Assembly (NCBI GenBank): GCA_031277165.1
Contig: JAISLT010000090.1
Coordinates: 2,431 to 26,430, forward strand
Origin: Spirochaetaceae bacterium
Lineage (GTDB): Bacteria; Spirochaetota; Spirochaetia; Treponematales; Breznakiellaceae
Direction of reading: 5' to 3'
Length of the DNA stretch: 24,000 bases
Made by a program: the position numbers and the translations under genes. The notes beneath the pieces are model-generated. The model was given only the letters and a program-made list of their open reading frames with translations, made no database searches and had not been told where the DNA came from. Positions within the stretch are counted from its first letter, which is position 1. Every line of letters starts with the position of its first letter. Below are positions 22,844-24,000 of this stretch, one piece after another.

Positions 22844-24000
22844 AAGAAAATGCGGACAACCTGGACTTTATATCAAATCCCAAAATAGTACAGCATTATC
22901 TTTTGCTGGAAGAAATAGGGGTTTTTAGGCATATTGATAAGCTTAATAAAGAAATTAAAGATCACAAGGATCTTCTTTCCGCGGCGGTCGAGATTTTTAA
23001 TAAAACAACCATAGATGAAATTCTTGATGCGGCGGTTTGGAAAATATCGGACCAGTTTTTGCCTTCTTTTATTACCTTTCTGTGGAAGCCCCAGCGGAAC
23101 AGGGAAGAGGTAACTATTAAAAGCTATAAAAATTATAAGCTGGTGGATCTTAATGTGCCCCTTCAGACCATAACGCCCCTGGAGCCTTTTTTTATTCAGT
23201 TTCCCAAACCCATAGCCTACGATATTTTTGCTTTCCAGGTAAAGGATTCCATGGATCCTTCGATACTAAAGGCGCTGGAAAATATTAACCCGGAACTGCT
23301 TATTCCTATCATGGGCCCCTTTGGCATTTACGGCATTGTAATGGTGGGCCGCAAGATGCTTTCGGAGGGCTATACTTTTGAAGAATTATTCTTTCTTGAA
23401 CAGCTCATGTCCTTCCTTTCCCAGTCCATACAAAATAATCTTCATTATGAGTATTCGGTGCGGGATGTAAAAACGGGCCTTTACAACCACGGGTATTTTG
23501 TAAGCCGCCTTAGCGAAGAACTGGCCAGAACAAAACGGGAAGAAGCGGTTTCTTCTCTTATGGTGATAGATGTGGACAAATTTAAAACCTTTAACGATAC
23601 CTTCGGGCATCTGGCGGGGGACCGGGTGCTGGAAAGTCTGGCTTTTACGATAAAACAGGCGGTGCGTACCGGGGATATTCCTTCCCGTTTTGGGGGTGAG
23701 GAATTTACGATCCTGCTTCCCAATACCCCGCGGCAGACCGCATGGCTGGTGGCGGAACGGCTGCGAACCGCAGTGGCGGCGATGAAAGTTCCCTGGGAGC
23801 CCCCCCTGCCCCAGGTTACCATCAGCCTGGGCCTGGTAAGTTTTGACGGCCGTACCAATGCCGACAGTAACGAAATAATAAAGCGGGCCGATGAAGCCCT
23901 TTACCAGTCAAAGGAAAATGGCCGCAACCGTACCAGCGTTTGGGGGGCGGGCCTTCTTTTTAGGATCCAGCGGAGCGAAGCAAATTTCGCCACCGCATAG
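22840..24000 (+). CDS. GGDEF-domain diguanylate cyclase with an N-terminal sensor-like region
   Basis: GLYNHGYF, DVDKFKTFNDTFGHLAGD, and RFGGEEFTILLP with an RTGD I-site 5 residues upstream. The ATGA overlap with the upstream gene sets the start at 22840, and the stop is at 23998-24000. Confidence 0.9.
   Translation: MKENADNLDFISNPKIVQHYLLLEEIGVFRHIDKLNKEIKDHKDLLSAAVEIFNKTTIDEILDAAVWKISDQFLPSFITFLWKPQRNREEVTIKSYKNYKLVDLNVPLQTITPLEPFFIQFPKPIAYDIFAFQVKDSMDPSILKALENINPELLIPIMGPFGIYGIVMVGRKMLSEGYTFEELFFLEQLMSFLSQSIQNNLHYEYSVRDVKTGLYNHGYFVSRLSEELARTKREEAVSSLMVIDVDKFKTFNDTFGHLAGDRVLESLAFTIKQAVRTGDIPSRFGGEEFTILLPNTPRQTAWLVAERLRTAVAAMKVPWEPPLPQVTISLGLVSFDGRTNADSNEIIKRADEALYQSKENGRNRTSVWGAGLLFRIQRSEANFATA

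Noticed and set aside
1-24000. CRISPR arrays, IS elements, integrases, tRNA/rRNA genes
   Set aside because: There are no regularly spaced direct repeats of 24 nt or more, no transposase- or recombinase-like ORF, and no rRNA or tRNA signatures. The repeats that are present are short palindromes.

Overview
The window is an ordinary chromosomal segment. Gene content, a relaxed lipobox and a flagellar/c-di-GMP gene string suggest a spirochaete-like (Treponema-type) bacterium, but that is inference only. I support 25 protein-coding genes. On the minus strand: a lipoprotein plus secreted trypsin-like protease operon (protease open at the window edge), adk and metH. On the plus strand, divergent from metH: a MetF-like reductase ATGA-coupled to a MATE exporter, then a carbon-nitrogen hydrolase. 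An E. coli sgc-type PTS/sugar-phosphate cluster (EIIC, SgcQ/BtpA-like, SgcE-like epimerase, EIIB) lies on the minus strand with a divergent DeoR regulator. The conserved rpsP-KH-rimM-trmD-rplS operon follows. It is followed by a gap-free seven-gene string: FliK/YlqG-like protein, FlhB-C-terminal-like protein, HD-GYP, YraN, a 64-aa protein, a 198-aa Arg-rich/zinc-knuckle protein and a GGDEF cyclase. I found no rRNA, tRNA, CRISPR array, transposase or integrase. The only accessory-looking stretch is 10.2-12.0 kb. It holds an orphan PD-(D/E)XK nuclease-fold gene with no methyltransferase partner. Directly behind it is a 51-codon ORF with a consensus SD that the ORF track missed. In front of it are about 740 bp without a credible CDS, containing a G9 homopolymer tract, hairpins and short repeats. 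Two intergenic repeat families are visible by eye. One is a CCCAAAACTGAAGTTTTGGG-type palindrome with at least five copies, one of them a perfect 17+17 nt palindrome. The other is an AT-rich hairpin module followed by GCGCAACANNCTGCTAGG, with two good copies and one degenerate copy. All product calls rest on motif recognition from memory, because no database search was possible.
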